From Cyanobacteria bacterium auto_48_18 (lineage in GTDB: Bacteria > Cyanobacteriota > Vampirovibrionia > Obscuribacterales > Obscuribacteraceae): a DNA stretch of 64,000 nt. The DNA is taken from positions 66,421 to 130,420 of the forward strand of contig JAVHQC010000030.1 in assembly GCA_036170915.1 (NCBI GenBank), read 5' to 3'. Positions within the stretch are counted from its first letter, which is position 1. Each line of letters starts with the position of its first letter. The translations under genes and the position numbers were made by a program. This document shows positions 10,012-19,484 of this stretch, one piece after another. The notes beneath the pieces are model-generated. The model was not told the DNA's origin. It was given only the letters and a program-made list of their open reading frames with translations, and did not search any database.

Positions 10012-10914
10012 CTAGGTCTGCGGCTTACTTAGATTAGACTGCTCGCCTTTTTCTTTACTTTCTTTCTCTTCTTGGTCTTCTTTGACTTGACGAGCATGAG
10101 TAGCAACTTCGGAAGCATTGCTTTCGTGGAAGTGACGAACGAAGCCTACTAGCTTCCATATATATGGTTCGTCAAAGGTAATTTTCTTAGCTTTGTCTGT
10201 TTTGCCAAGGAAATTAGGCATCCCTTCCCACTTTATACCGTGAGCGATGTGATCCCACAAAACTTGATCGGTGCGATCATAAAACCTTGGGAAGTTTTGG
10301 AAGTTAGCCGGTGCTGGCTCAAGTACGTTGCCCTTCATGAGCGGGCCGTTGCCATAACCTTTAGCACCGTGGCAGACTGCACAGTTTCCGCCGAAGACCG
10401 GCGATATATCTGCTATTTCAGTATCGGTCAGCGGCGGAGTCGAGAGGCTGCGCACATAGAAAACCATGTTCCAAATTTGCGGTGGACGCAATTTTTGCTG
10501 CACTGTAGGGTGCTCGAAACCACCTTTTGTTGTTTCGCTTTCTTTACCGAATGTAATGAAATCGTACTGCTCAACAGGCTTTTGTTTTCTGCCCCAGTCT
10601 TTGCTGGAGAAATCAACGGTGGCCTTACCGGCAACAGGTTTACCATCAGCTCCGTGGCAGCTGGCGCAATTTTGGGCTTCGTAGACGCCTTTGCCATCAG
10701 GAACGGAAGGATCGTCATTGGGCCAGATCGGTTCACGATCGCCAAGAGTTACCTTTGCGGCAACCAGACCATCATCAGAAGCAGGCAAAGTCACCTTACT
10801 GTTGGTACAAGCCGAAAGGCCAACCACAAAAGGAATGATTGCCAGCAGCAGTGAAGCAACCGGGGAGAGATTTTTATGGTTACTTAAAACCATTTTGGGC
10901 TTACTAAGTGACAT
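10012..10914 (-). CDS. Diheme cytochrome c lipoprotein
   Basis: Lipobox LSAC; CASCH and CAVCH; distal Met in EGMP. Confidence 0.88.
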   Translation of the reverse strand: MSLSKPKMVLSNHKNLSPVASLLLAIIPFVVGLSACTNSKVTLPASDDGLVAAKVTLGDREPIWPNDDPSVPDGKGVYEAQNCASCHGADGKPVAGKATVDFSSKDWGRKQKPVEQYDFITFGKESETTKGGFEHPTVQQKLRPPQIWNMVFYVRSLSTPPLTDTEIADISPVFGGNCAVCHGAKGYGNGPLMKGNVLEPAPANFQNFPRFYDRTDQVLWDHIAHGIKWEGMPNFLGKTDKAKKITFDEPYIWKLVGFVRHFHESNASEVATHARQVKEDQEEKESKEKGEQSNLSKPQT

Positions 10915-10920
10915 CTTCCT

Positions 10921-11097
10921 CTAATAACCAAAGAAGGGAATCCAGGACACCGCTGCATAGACAAAAATCAGGATGAAGCAAATCACCAGAAAAGGTGGCG
11001 GGGCACCTTCACCGATACGGTATTCAGAGACCACTTCGTAGTGGTCATCATCAACCGGTGTATTCGGAGTAACTATTTTTTTGACTTCTTCAGCCAT
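10921..11097 (-). CDS. Small membrane protein resembling the N-terminal helix of CcoP/FixP
   Basis: 58 aa. EYRIGEGAPPPFLVICFILIFVYA resembles the CcoP_N pattern ExDxPLPxWWxxLFxxTIxF. Located in the cco cluster. Confidence 0.6.
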   Translation of the reverse strand: MAEEVKKIVTPNTPVDDDHYEVVSEYRIGEGAPPPFLVICFILIFVYAAVSWIPFFGY

Positions 11098-11113
11098 TTT
11101 CCATATCCCTTTA

Positions 11114-11353
11114 TTAAGCTTCGCCTTGAGCACGAAGTTTTTCTACAGCAGCTTTGGCTTTATTGCCTAGCACCAGCTCTTCGCTATCGTCGAGCATGTC
11201 AAATTTGACTGATTCAAGATCTTCAAATTCGCCATTGCGAAATGCCCAGAGTACGCCAACTACAGCAATAGCAAAGAAGAGTCCACAAATGCCGAATGCA
11301 ATCCATAGGCCAGAGCTGAGGCTGGCTCCATTGAGAACACAATTAGGACACAT
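11114..11353 (-). CDS. ccoS: cbb3-type oxidase maturation protein CcoS-like
   Basis: TM helix followed by LWAFRNGEFEDLE (CcoS pattern WAxxxGQFDDxE). Confidence 0.8.
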   Translation of the reverse strand: MCPNCVLNGASLSSGLWIAFGICGLFFAIAVVGVLWAFRNGEFEDLESVKFDMLDDSEELVLGNKAKAAVEKLRAQGEA

Positions 11354-11364
11354 AGTACTCTCCT

Positions 11365-12309
11365 TTATTCTTTACCGTGGTGCGGTTCATAAACCTGTTT
11401 GGTCAAGACTGGAAGATGTGTAGGTTCAACAACATTGAGTTGATCAAGATTGTTGACGGTCACTTCATGATCTTTCGGCAGAGTTTTCAAATATGCCACC
11501 AGATACCATCTTTGCTCTTCAGACAATACTGATTGGAAACGCGGCATTCTTGTGCCGGTCACCCCTTCTGAAATACGGTAGAACCAATGTTCATCAGGAT
11601 ACTGTTTGTAATAATCGCGAGTCAGATTTGGTGGTTTTTTCTCAAGAGTGATGGCGTTAGGGCCATTGCCCAGACCTTCTAAACCATGGCAAGCGGCACA
11701 GTTCTGAGTGTAGATACCACGACCAGCGTTAGCTGCGGCATCAGATGCGGTATCAACGTTTTTGCGTGCTGCAAGGCCGCGACCTTGTGGAGTAGTGGGC
11801 AAATATTCATCAGGCGGAGTAACAAAAGCAGTAACGGTGCGCTTATTACCAAGAGTCTGGATGTATTGCACCAGGTCGTTCATGTCACGTTCAGACAGAT
11901 AGCTGAAGCTCGGCATAATTGAACCAGGCTTAACTGCACGTGGTGAAATCAAGTGAGCCTTTTGCCATTGCGAAGGGAAACGTCCGCCTTCATTAGTAAG
12001 GTCAGGCCCTGTGCGAGCGGTACCCAGTTGGTGCGGAGTTTCGTAAACATAGTCGCCTTCTTTGACGAGCGGCCCGTAGCCACGATCTTGAATACGAGTA
12101 AATTGCGTATGGCAATAGAAGCAACCTTCGCGTACATATATTTGACGACCGCGAGCGGCATCACCAACAGCTAGTGGAATTACTTTGTAGTCGTTGCCGC
12201 GTCCTGATGCTTTTGGATTGAAAAGCACCATGGGCATGAGCACCGTGGAGAAAATAATGATGAAGAACGTGGTGACAATGCCAATCGCACCAAGTCGGTA
12301 ACCGTACAT
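11365..12309 (-). CDS. ccoO: cbb3-type oxidase subunit II fused to a second cytochrome c domain
   Basis: GRQIYVREGCFYCHTQ, GTARTGPDL and PGSIMP motifs; second heme site CAACH. Confidence 0.9.
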   Translation of the reverse strand: MYGYRLGAIGIVTTFFIIIFSTVLMPMVLFNPKASGRGNDYKVIPLAVGDAARGRQIYVREGCFYCHTQFTRIQDRGYGPLVKEGDYVYETPHQLGTARTGPDLTNEGGRFPSQWQKAHLISPRAVKPGSIMPSFSYLSERDMNDLVQYIQTLGNKRTVTAFVTPPDEYLPTTPQGRGLAARKNVDTASDAAANAGRGIYTQNCAACHGLEGLGNGPNAITLEKKPPNLTRDYYKQYPDEHWFYRISEGVTGTRMPRFQSVLSEEQRWYLVAYLKTLPKDHEVTVNNLDQLNVVEPTHLPVLTKQVYEPHHGKE

Positions 12310-13724
12310 TAGACCTTAACCTCCCGAGCCTTGACTGTCGCATCGGCTGAAGCTCTGGGTGTATAGAGCGTTTTAAATGTGTTGTATGCAAACAAACACT
12401 GACCAGTGACAATCATGAAACCGCTAATTGCTCTCAAGAACCAGTAAGGAGGTAGCGCATTACTCCACTGGTCCACTGGATAACCCAGCGCCCAACCGGC
12501 AGATTGCACCAGACCAGCTGTTGTTAGAGACGTCATCATCAATAAGAAGCCTAAGAATTTGAGCCAGTAGTGCGCTCTAATCAGCCCTTGACTGTGCCAT
12601 TCACGGCCAGTCAAACGCGGCATGCAGTAATAAATTGATGAGGTAAGAATGAATGAGAACGTTCCCAGCAGCGCTAAGTGAGCGTGGCCAACTACCCATT
12701 GAGTAAAGTGGATATACCAGTTAATCCAGCGAGTAGCCTGGAACGGACCTTGAGTACAAGTGATCAAATAGAACATGCATGAAGTAACGGCAAAGCGCAG
12801 TGGCAAATCGGTGGCCACTTGTCCCCATTTTCCGCGCATGGTCATGAAGAAATTGGTGAGCACGGTAAGAACCGGAACCAATAAGAAAATCGACGAGATT
12901 ACGGCGATGGCTTTTAACCACTCAGGCACAGGCGATTGCAAAATGTGGTGCGTGCCGGTTGGTGCATAAAACAGAGCAATGCCCCAGAAGCCCAACATGG
13001 ACAAACCATGACTATATAGAGGGGCTTTGGTAAAGCGTGGAATCAAGAAATACATCATGCCGACACCAACAGTGGTGAACCACATGCCAAGAATATTATG
13101 GCCGTAGAACCAACCGATGATGGCGTCATTAAGACCAGGCAAAGCAACGAAAGTGCGCTGGCCGATTACGTATACAAGCGGGAACCAGAAAAGCGATCCG
13201 AGGAAATACCAGAGTGATACGTAGAGCTTTTTCACTTTACGCTGCACGATGGTCATATAAATATTGAAAGCAACAGAAACGAGACCGATAACAACAATAA
13301 CGTCGAGAATGGCGCCTAATTCGGCATATTCTCGACCTTCAGTGTTGCCATTCAATAGTGTGCAGAACGCTCCGATCATGAGGATGTTCCAGGCCCACAT
13401 CGTAAAGTTGCCCAGTCGCTCGCTGTACAGTTTGGTTTTACAAAGCGTCGGCACCATGTGGAACATGGAACCTACGTAACCCATGGACAACCAGCCGATG
13501 GCTACGGCGTTCACGTGCCACATTCTTAAGTGCGGCATAGATAGTTGCGGCACGCCGCGAATCAGGTCGGGCATAGAAAATTCGGTTCCGGCAAGCATGC
13601 CGGCGCCCATTCCCCACAACGACCACCAGAGCGCCGACAGGAAGAAGTTGCGACTGGCGCTGCCTTCCTTGGCGCTGAGAAATCTTTCTAGCAAACTTGT
13701 TTGTGCCAAACTATTGATAGACAC
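12309..13724 (-). CDS. ccoN: cbb3-type (C-family) heme-copper oxidase subunit I
   Basis: LRMWHVN, WFYGHN, FYAPTGTHH (helix VII Tyr plus CuB His pair), WVVGHAH, GREYAE. Confidence 0.93.
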   Translation of the reverse strand: MSINSLAQTSLLERFLSAKEGSASRNFFLSALWWSLWGMGAGMLAGTEFSMPDLIRGVPQLSMPHLRMWHVNAVAIGWLSMGYVGSMFHMVPTLCKTKLYSERLGNFTMWAWNILMIGAFCTLLNGNTEGREYAELGAILDVIVVIGLVSVAFNIYMTIVQRKVKKLYVSLWYFLGSLFWFPLVYVIGQRTFVALPGLNDAIIGWFYGHNILGMWFTTVGVGMMYFLIPRFTKAPLYSHGLSMLGFWGIALFYAPTGTHHILQSPVPEWLKAIAVISSIFLLVPVLTVLTNFFMTMRGKWGQVATDLPLRFAVTSCMFYLITCTQGPFQATRWINWYIHFTQWVVGHAHLALLGTFSFILTSSIYYCMPRLTGREWHSQGLIRAHYWLKFLGFLLMMTSLTTAGLVQSAGWALGYPVDQWSNALPPYWFLRAISGFMIVTGQCLFAYNTFKTLYTPRASADATVKAREVKV

Positions 13725-13971
13725 TTAACGGTACCCCTTCAAAGGCTCCTTGCCTTGACTCATGTGTGATTCTAGGCTACTGACATCGCCTCAATCCCCT
13801 TGCCGTACCATGAGTTTTCATTCAAGAATTATTTCAGCGTTAGAGGGGCTTCCCTACACATAGTTTGTCTTTGATACAAAGCGTAACTGACGGTCATAGA
13901 CAGAAACCATACGCAAGGCAGCCAATGAGAATCGAGTAGATATGCGCCTTAGTCCAATTTCATTTTGAGCG

Positions 13972-14601
13972 TCAATTTTGCTCGCTGACCTTCGTCGACA
14001 GGTCGATGGAATTGAAGCGATTGGCACATTTGTCAATATCGTTTGTGAGCCAAAATTTAAGTGCGTCAGCAGCAGTCAAAAGCATTTTGTCGAGAATTTC
14101 TCTCTGCTCAAGCGGCACACTAGCCAAGACGTAATCACCCCTGGTGGCACCACCAGGGTCAGGACCAACCCCTATTTTCAAACGATCAAATTGCTTGTTG
14201 CCCGACAAAGATTCAATAATCGACTCCACTCCATGCTGACCCCCGGCACCACCACCCTTCTGAAAGCGTAAACGACCGGTGTTGAGCGAGACGTCATCGT
14301 GGGTGACAAGCAAAGACCCTGATTCAGGCTTGACTTTGTACCAGTGCAAAACTTTCTGTACTGCCTGGCCAGACAAGTTCATATATGTAAGCGGCTTGAC
14401 AATGATAATGTCGTCGCTGGCCACTTTCAAACGCGCATACTCGCACTGCATAGAGCTTGACTGGCGAAAATCGACTCGACCTTCGCTACTGTCAGTCAGT
14501 TTGGTAGCAAGCAATTCAGCCAGGCGAAAGCCCACGTTGTGTCTGGTTTGTTCATAGCGCGCGCCAGGATTTCCAAGACCAACAATAATTTTCACAGCCA
14601 T
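13972..14601 (-). CDS. pth: Peptidyl-tRNA hydrolase
   Basis: VGLGNPG..Y..TRHNVGF, KPLTYMNLSG, HDD, GGQHG. Confidence 0.95.
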   Translation of the reverse strand: MAVKIIVGLGNPGARYEQTRHNVGFRLAELLATKLTDSSEGRVDFRQSSSMQCEYARLKVASDDIIIVKPLTYMNLSGQAVQKVLHWYKVKPESGSLLVTHDDVSLNTGRLRFQKGGGAGGQHGVESIIESLSGNKQFDRLKIGVGPDPGGATRGDYVLASVPLEQREILDKMLLTAADALKFWLTNDIDKCANRFNSIDLSTKVSEQN

Positions 14602-14718
14602 CTAAATTCTCGAATGTGTTTTTTATTATCGCGCTCGCCGCTCTAGCTTTGCCCAAACAGTACAAAAACAGCGCTCTAATAGCTACACTTAAGGAGCTAC
14701 ACTTATAAGTGATTCACA

Positions 14719-16146
14719 ATGACCCAAATCAACAACATTGACGATCAAGAGCTGCATTTCCCTTATCTGCCTAACACCGAGGCCGAGCGAGGAGAGATGC
14801 TCAAAACTATCGGTGTCAAAACTTTCGAAGAGCTAATTAGCCACATCCCAGCCAATGTGCGCGCGAAGCCTCTAGAAATTGCCGAAGGGCTTTCTGAGCT
14901 GGAATTATCGAACGAATTGCAAAGACTGGCTGCTAAAAACAAACCAGCCAGCCAACAGATTTCTTTTCTTGGTGGTGGATCTTATAGAAGGTTTGTACCA
15001 GCAGTGGTGCCCGCCATTATTTCGCGTTCTGAATTTGCCACAGCTTACACTCCCTATCAGCCTGAAGTATCGCAAGGCAGCCTGCAAGCCATTTATGAGT
15101 TCCAGACTGCGATTTGTTTAATTACAGGAATGGATGTGGCGAACGCTTCTATGTATGACGGACCCACAGCCTGTGCCGAAGCGGCCATGATGGCAGTGCG
15201 TTTGACCGAGCGTAAAAAAGTCTTGATTGCTGCTTCAGTAAATCCTGAACATCGCATGGTCACTGAAACTTACGCCAATTCGTGCGCCATTGAGACTGTG
15301 ATGGTCAAAAATGACAATGGTGTTTCCAGCGGCCCAGGCAGTGATTTAGAGTCACTTTTGGACAGCGATGTTGCTTGTTTTGTTGTGCAATATCCTAATT
15401 TCTTTGGTTGCGTTGAAGCACTAGAAACGCTTGCTCAATCAGTGCACGCTCAAGGCGCGCTGCTTGTTGTGATAAGCGATCCGATCAGTCTTGGACTTCT
15501 AAAAGCGCCGGGCGATTTAGGTGCTGATATCGTAGTTGGTGACGCCCAAAGTTGCGGTAATTTCCTCAGTTTCGGCGGCCCATCAGCTGGTTATATGGCC
15601 TGCCGCAAAGAATTTATTCGCCAGCTGCCTGGTAGACTTGCCGGAATGACCGTCGATAACCGCGGTCAGAGAGCTTTTACTCTCACTCTGCAGACTCGCG
15701 AACAGCACATTAGACGCGCTAAGGCCACCTCCAACATCTGCACCAACCAGGCCCTCAACGCGCTTGCCATGCTGGTTTATCTCACTTGCATGGGCCCTCA
15801 AGGCTTGCGTGAACTGGCTAATATCAGCCTGCAGCGCGCTCATTATCTAGCAGACAAATTGGTGCAAATCGAAGGCGTCAGCCTGACATTTGCTGAGCAG
15901 CCATTCTTCAATGAGTTTGCACTGACTCTGCCAAAATCGGTCACAGTGCCCGAAGTGTTGAATCAGCTCAAGGCGCAGGGCATTCTTGGCGGTATAAAAC
16001 TCTCGACTAACTATCCGCAATTAAGCAATTCAATCCTCATTGCTGTGACCGAGATGAATCCTGTTGCAGATTTGAATACCTTTGTGGAGGCCGTAGAAGC
16101 CACGCTGTCCGCCAAGGCCGTCAAAAAAAAGGTTTTGACTGTATAA
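14719..16146 (+). CDS. gcvPA: Glycine dehydrogenase (decarboxylating) subunit alpha
   Basis: TAYTPYQPEVSQG, NASMYDG, TREQHIRRAKATSNICTN. Confidence 0.95.
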   Translation: MTQINNIDDQELHFPYLPNTEAERGEMLKTIGVKTFEELISHIPANVRAKPLEIAEGLSELELSNELQRLAAKNKPASQQISFLGGGSYRRFVPAVVPAIISRSEFATAYTPYQPEVSQGSLQAIYEFQTAICLITGMDVANASMYDGPTACAEAAMMAVRLTERKKVLIAASVNPEHRMVTETYANSCAIETVMVKNDNGVSSGPGSDLESLLDSDVACFVVQYPNFFGCVEALETLAQSVHAQGALLVVISDPISLGLLKAPGDLGADIVVGDAQSCGNFLSFGGPSAGYMACRKEFIRQLPGRLAGMTVDNRGQRAFTLTLQTREQHIRRAKATSNICTNQALNALAMLVYLTCMGPQGLRELANISLQRAHYLADKLVQIEGVSLTFAEQPFFNEFALTLPKSVTVPEVLNQLKAQGILGGIKLSTNYPQLSNSILIAVTEMNPVADLNTFVEAVEATLSAKAVKKKVLTV

Positions 16147-16189
16147 TCTCTAAATAATTTGGAAGAATTGAAGAATTGGGAAATACATT

Positions 16190-16948
16190 TTGCCTGTGAC
16201 CACATCAGCACCGCAACAAACAGAGAACACCGCTCCAGATAATTCCCCCAAAGGTTTTATGAGTGGTTTCATCAAAGAAGCTCTCGAGCTGATTGTCGTC
16301 ACCTTGATTTTATTGATAGGCATTCGCTGGGGCATCGCCGAAGCGCGCTATATTCCCTCGAGCTCCATGGAGCCCACCCTGCAAATCAACGATCGCTTGA
16401 TCGTAGAAAAAATCTCCGGCCACCTGGCTAAACCAATAGAACGCGGCGATATTCTGGTTTTCTATCCACCCGCAATTGAAATGGGCGGCGAAGAGCTTTC
16501 CAACGATCCGCTGCACTGGTTAGGGCGCCTGACTGGTTTGCCCTTTTTCCCTAATGATGCCGCCTTTATTAAAAGAGTGATTGGTCTGGAAGGCGACATG
16601 ATTCGCGTGGTTGCCGGCCAGGGCGTTTACGTTAATGGTCAGCTTTTAGACGAATCTGCCTACATTAAGGAAGTGCCAGCCTATAGCCTCACCGTTATGG
16701 GCGACATTAAAGGACGTAACTCAAAAAACGAATTTATTCGTCCTTGCACAGACAAACAAGTCAACGAACCCATTATCGTGCCTGCACATTGCCTTTTCAT
16801 GATGGGCGACAATCGCAATAATTCAGAAGATGGCCACGTATGGGGCTTTCTTGACCAAAAGCGTGTAATCGGTAAGGCCTGGCTGTTAATCTGGCGCCGC
16901 CTGGAAGCTCCAGCCTATCCTAAGAGTCTTCAACATCAAGATCAGTAA
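16190..16948 (+). CDS. lepB: Signal peptidase I
   Basis: IPSSSMEPTL (Ser), FIKRVIG (Lys), MGDNRNNS. Confidence 0.93.
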   Translation: MPVTTSAPQQTENTAPDNSPKGFMSGFIKEALELIVVTLILLIGIRWGIAEARYIPSSSMEPTLQINDRLIVEKISGHLAKPIERGDILVFYPPAIEMGGEELSNDPLHWLGRLTGLPFFPNDAAFIKRVIGLEGDMIRVVAGQGVYVNGQLLDESAYIKEVPAYSLTVMGDIKGRNSKNEFIRPCTDKQVNEPIIVPAHCLFMMGDNRNNSEDGHVWGFLDQKRVIGKAWLLIWRRLEAPAYPKSLQHQDQ

Positions 16949-17019
16949 ATAGCGCACTCTTAGACCATCACAAAGTATAGATTGGGTATAAGAGTTAGTG
17001 AGAGCAAGAGGCTGACAAA

Positions 17020-18540
17020 ATGGCAAAAGGATCGCAGGCTAAAGGTTCGGAGGCTAAAGGATCGACACAGGGTTCGCAAGATACTCATGTAGATCAATCC
17101 GGTCACGCCGGTCACGAGCACGAATCTGCAGCAGAGCAGGAAAAGTCTCAAAAAGCACTGAGTCAACCGAAGTTAAGTCAAACAGATTTGCGCGACATTG
17201 AAAGCGAGCTTCATCAGCGCGAAATTGTTTTGATTGAACGCGAAATAAAATCACTGCGCCTGCAAGAAGAGCTGGAGCGTCTGCGACCTCTGTCTGGTCT
17301 GTATCGCGTGGTCAAATCTATGGCCACCGAGCGCAAGCTTGACGCTCTGCTTGAGACCATCACACGCGAAACGCAAAACATGCTCAAATGCGACCGTTGT
17401 AGCGTTTTTGTTTTAGACCAGGAAAAAAGTGAACTCTGGACTCAAGTGGCCCAAGGTCTCGTTGGCGCTCGCACCATTCGCATTCCTATGTCAGGCACAG
17501 CTATTGTCAGTCACTGCGCCCGTTCCGGCAAAATTATCAATATTCCAGATGCCTATCAAGACGAAAGATTTGATCCTGCCGTGGACAAACACACAGGCTA
17601 CAAAACTCGCAGTGTACTCTGCGTGCCCATGCGCAACCGCGAAGGCAGCGTGATTGGCGTATTTCAGGTCTTAAATAAACTGGCCGGTCCATTTACCTCT
17701 GAAGACGAAGATTGGCTCGAAGCCTTGACTGCAGTAGCGTCAGGTTTAATTGAGCAGGCTCAGGCCTATGCCGAAATCGAAAGCTTCGTTGATAAAACTC
17801 TAGAAGTACTGGCTCAGACAATTGATAAACGCGACCCTCTAACCGCTGGCCACTCAGTGAGAGTGACTAATTACAGCTTGCTGATTGGTAGTGGCCTTGA
17901 TGTCATTGCCGAAGATTTAGACGTATTGCGCTATTCTGCCATGATGCACGATTATGGCAAAATCGGTGTACCAGAAGACATTCTCTGGAAGAACGGCCGC
18001 CTCACTCCTGATGAGTATGCCACTGTACAAAAACATGCCAGCATCACTTTTGACTTGCTCAATAATTTGCCTTTCACCAAACGACTGGGAGCAGTGCCTT
18101 TCGTCGCTTCATGCCACCATGAAAAGTTAGACGGCACCGGGTACTATCGCGGTTTAAGAGGCGAAGAAATTCCATTTTTGTCACGCATTATTGCTGTTGC
18201 TGACGTTTTCGATGCACTCACTTCAGTCAGGCATTACCGAAATCGCATGCCGATTGAAAAAGTGACTGAGATTTTGGATGCTGGACGTGACAATCACTTT
18301 GACATTCGTTGCGTTGATGCATTTGAAAAATTGCCGTCAGATCGCGTGTTGAAGATCATGGAAAGCGAAAGAGATCGCAATACATCAGAAGACATTACGG
18401 CCTTTCAACACATAACCTGGAAGCGCCTGGTAGAAATCATCGGCGGCTCGCGTCCAAAACGTGGTGAAGAGGGGCTGAAAGAGGCCTTCGACCGCATGTA
18501 TAACTTTGGCTTGCCTAAAGACTATAAACCTCTAGACTAA
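17020..18540 (+). CDS. GAF + HD-GYP domain cyclic-dinucleotide phosphodiesterase
   Basis: GAF (D..TGYKTRSVLCVP, LNK..GPFT); HDYGKIG, HHEKLDGTGY, IIAVADVFDALTS. Confidence 0.9.
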   Translation: MAKGSQAKGSEAKGSTQGSQDTHVDQSGHAGHEHESAAEQEKSQKALSQPKLSQTDLRDIESELHQREIVLIEREIKSLRLQEELERLRPLSGLYRVVKSMATERKLDALLETITRETQNMLKCDRCSVFVLDQEKSELWTQVAQGLVGARTIRIPMSGTAIVSHCARSGKIINIPDAYQDERFDPAVDKHTGYKTRSVLCVPMRNREGSVIGVFQVLNKLAGPFTSEDEDWLEALTAVASGLIEQAQAYAEIESFVDKTLEVLAQTIDKRDPLTAGHSVRVTNYSLLIGSGLDVIAEDLDVLRYSAMMHDYGKIGVPEDILWKNGRLTPDEYATVQKHASITFDLLNNLPFTKRLGAVPFVASCHHEKLDGTGYYRGLRGEEIPFLSRIIAVADVFDALTSVRHYRNRMPIEKVTEILDAGRDNHFDIRCVDAFEKLPSDRVLKIMESERDRNTSEDITAFQHITWKRLVEIIGGSRPKRGEEGLKEAFDRMYNFGLPKDYKPLD

Positions 18541-18585
18541 CGACTAAATTTTCGACTAAAACATTTCGACTAGGATGATTGGCAT

Positions 18586-19467
18586 TTGATGGTATCGACC
18601 GAACTTAAACAGCTGATCAGCTGCGCAGCTTTTCTACTGGCTGGCTTAATTTCAGCCAGCAGCGCTTCAGGCGCACAAAACAGTGATACTGCCAGCAATG
18701 CCACAAAAAAAATCGATAAAATCGAAAAACTAGAAATTGAAAATCGCAGCGGCCATACCAGCGACAAAGAAGATGCTCCGGCCCTGCCTCCAGCTGACGA
18801 TGCGCCTCCGGCGAAGTCAACATTGCGAGTGCGCATTTCGGTGCCGCAAATGGAGAAATGCACTCAGGCTTTTGTTATTTATCCTTACATCACAAAACCA
18901 CTGAAAATTTTGATACCACACGCACCTCTTCCTGAAGAAGATATGCAAGATTTTCGTATGCGCCTGATTCAAACCGGTTATGCCAATCGCCAATCGATGA
19001 CTAAGCCTTATCCTGCACAGGGCTGGCGCTGGCATTACGCTTATCGCAATGCTTTAAAACGTTCGGGTTTGAGCGAGCCTAAATTTGTAGGGGGCATTTA
19101 TCGTTTTGCTGACGAAATGACAAAGTATGTAAAGCCTGAATGCGAACGCATCAACCGCATTGAAGAAGCGCGCAACAAGCGCTATCAGGCGATGGTGGTG
19201 GAATATGAAGACAACCATAAAGATGAAGAAAGCGAAGCAATAAGACTGAATCGCGAACCGATTAAATTGCCCTTGCGGCTCATTGCTAAAGGCAAAGCTG
19301 TTGAAGGCACCGTTTCTCTGCCACCAGGAGAATGGTACATTACGGGCAAACACCAGGTGCCAGGCTTACTTTATTACTGGCAAGAGAGAATCAAAGTTAA
19401 TAGCGGTGAGAATATCTCAGCAAATTTGACCGACGCCAATGCTCTATTGATTCAGGGCGGTTGGTAG
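18586..19467 (+). CDS. Hypothetical secreted protein
   Basis: 293-aa ORF with an N-terminal signal peptide. Confidence 0.7.
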   Translation: MMVSTELKQLISCAAFLLAGLISASSASGAQNSDTASNATKKIDKIEKLEIENRSGHTSDKEDAPALPPADDAPPAKSTLRVRISVPQMEKCTQAFVIYPYITKPLKILIPHAPLPEEDMQDFRMRLIQTGYANRQSMTKPYPAQGWRWHYAYRNALKRSGLSEPKFVGGIYRFADEMTKYVKPECERINRIEEARNKRYQAMVVEYEDNHKDEESEAIRLNREPIKLPLRLIAKGKAVEGTVSLPPGEWYITGKHQVPGLLYYWQERIKVNSGENISANLTDANALLIQGGW

Positions 19468-19484
19468 CAATATTTTGACCAGTT

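Noticed and set aside
13864..13880. tttgt-N7-acaaa palindrome upstream of ccoN as an FNR/Rex site
   Set aside because: It matches neither the FNR nor the Rex consensus and is short enough to occur by chance.
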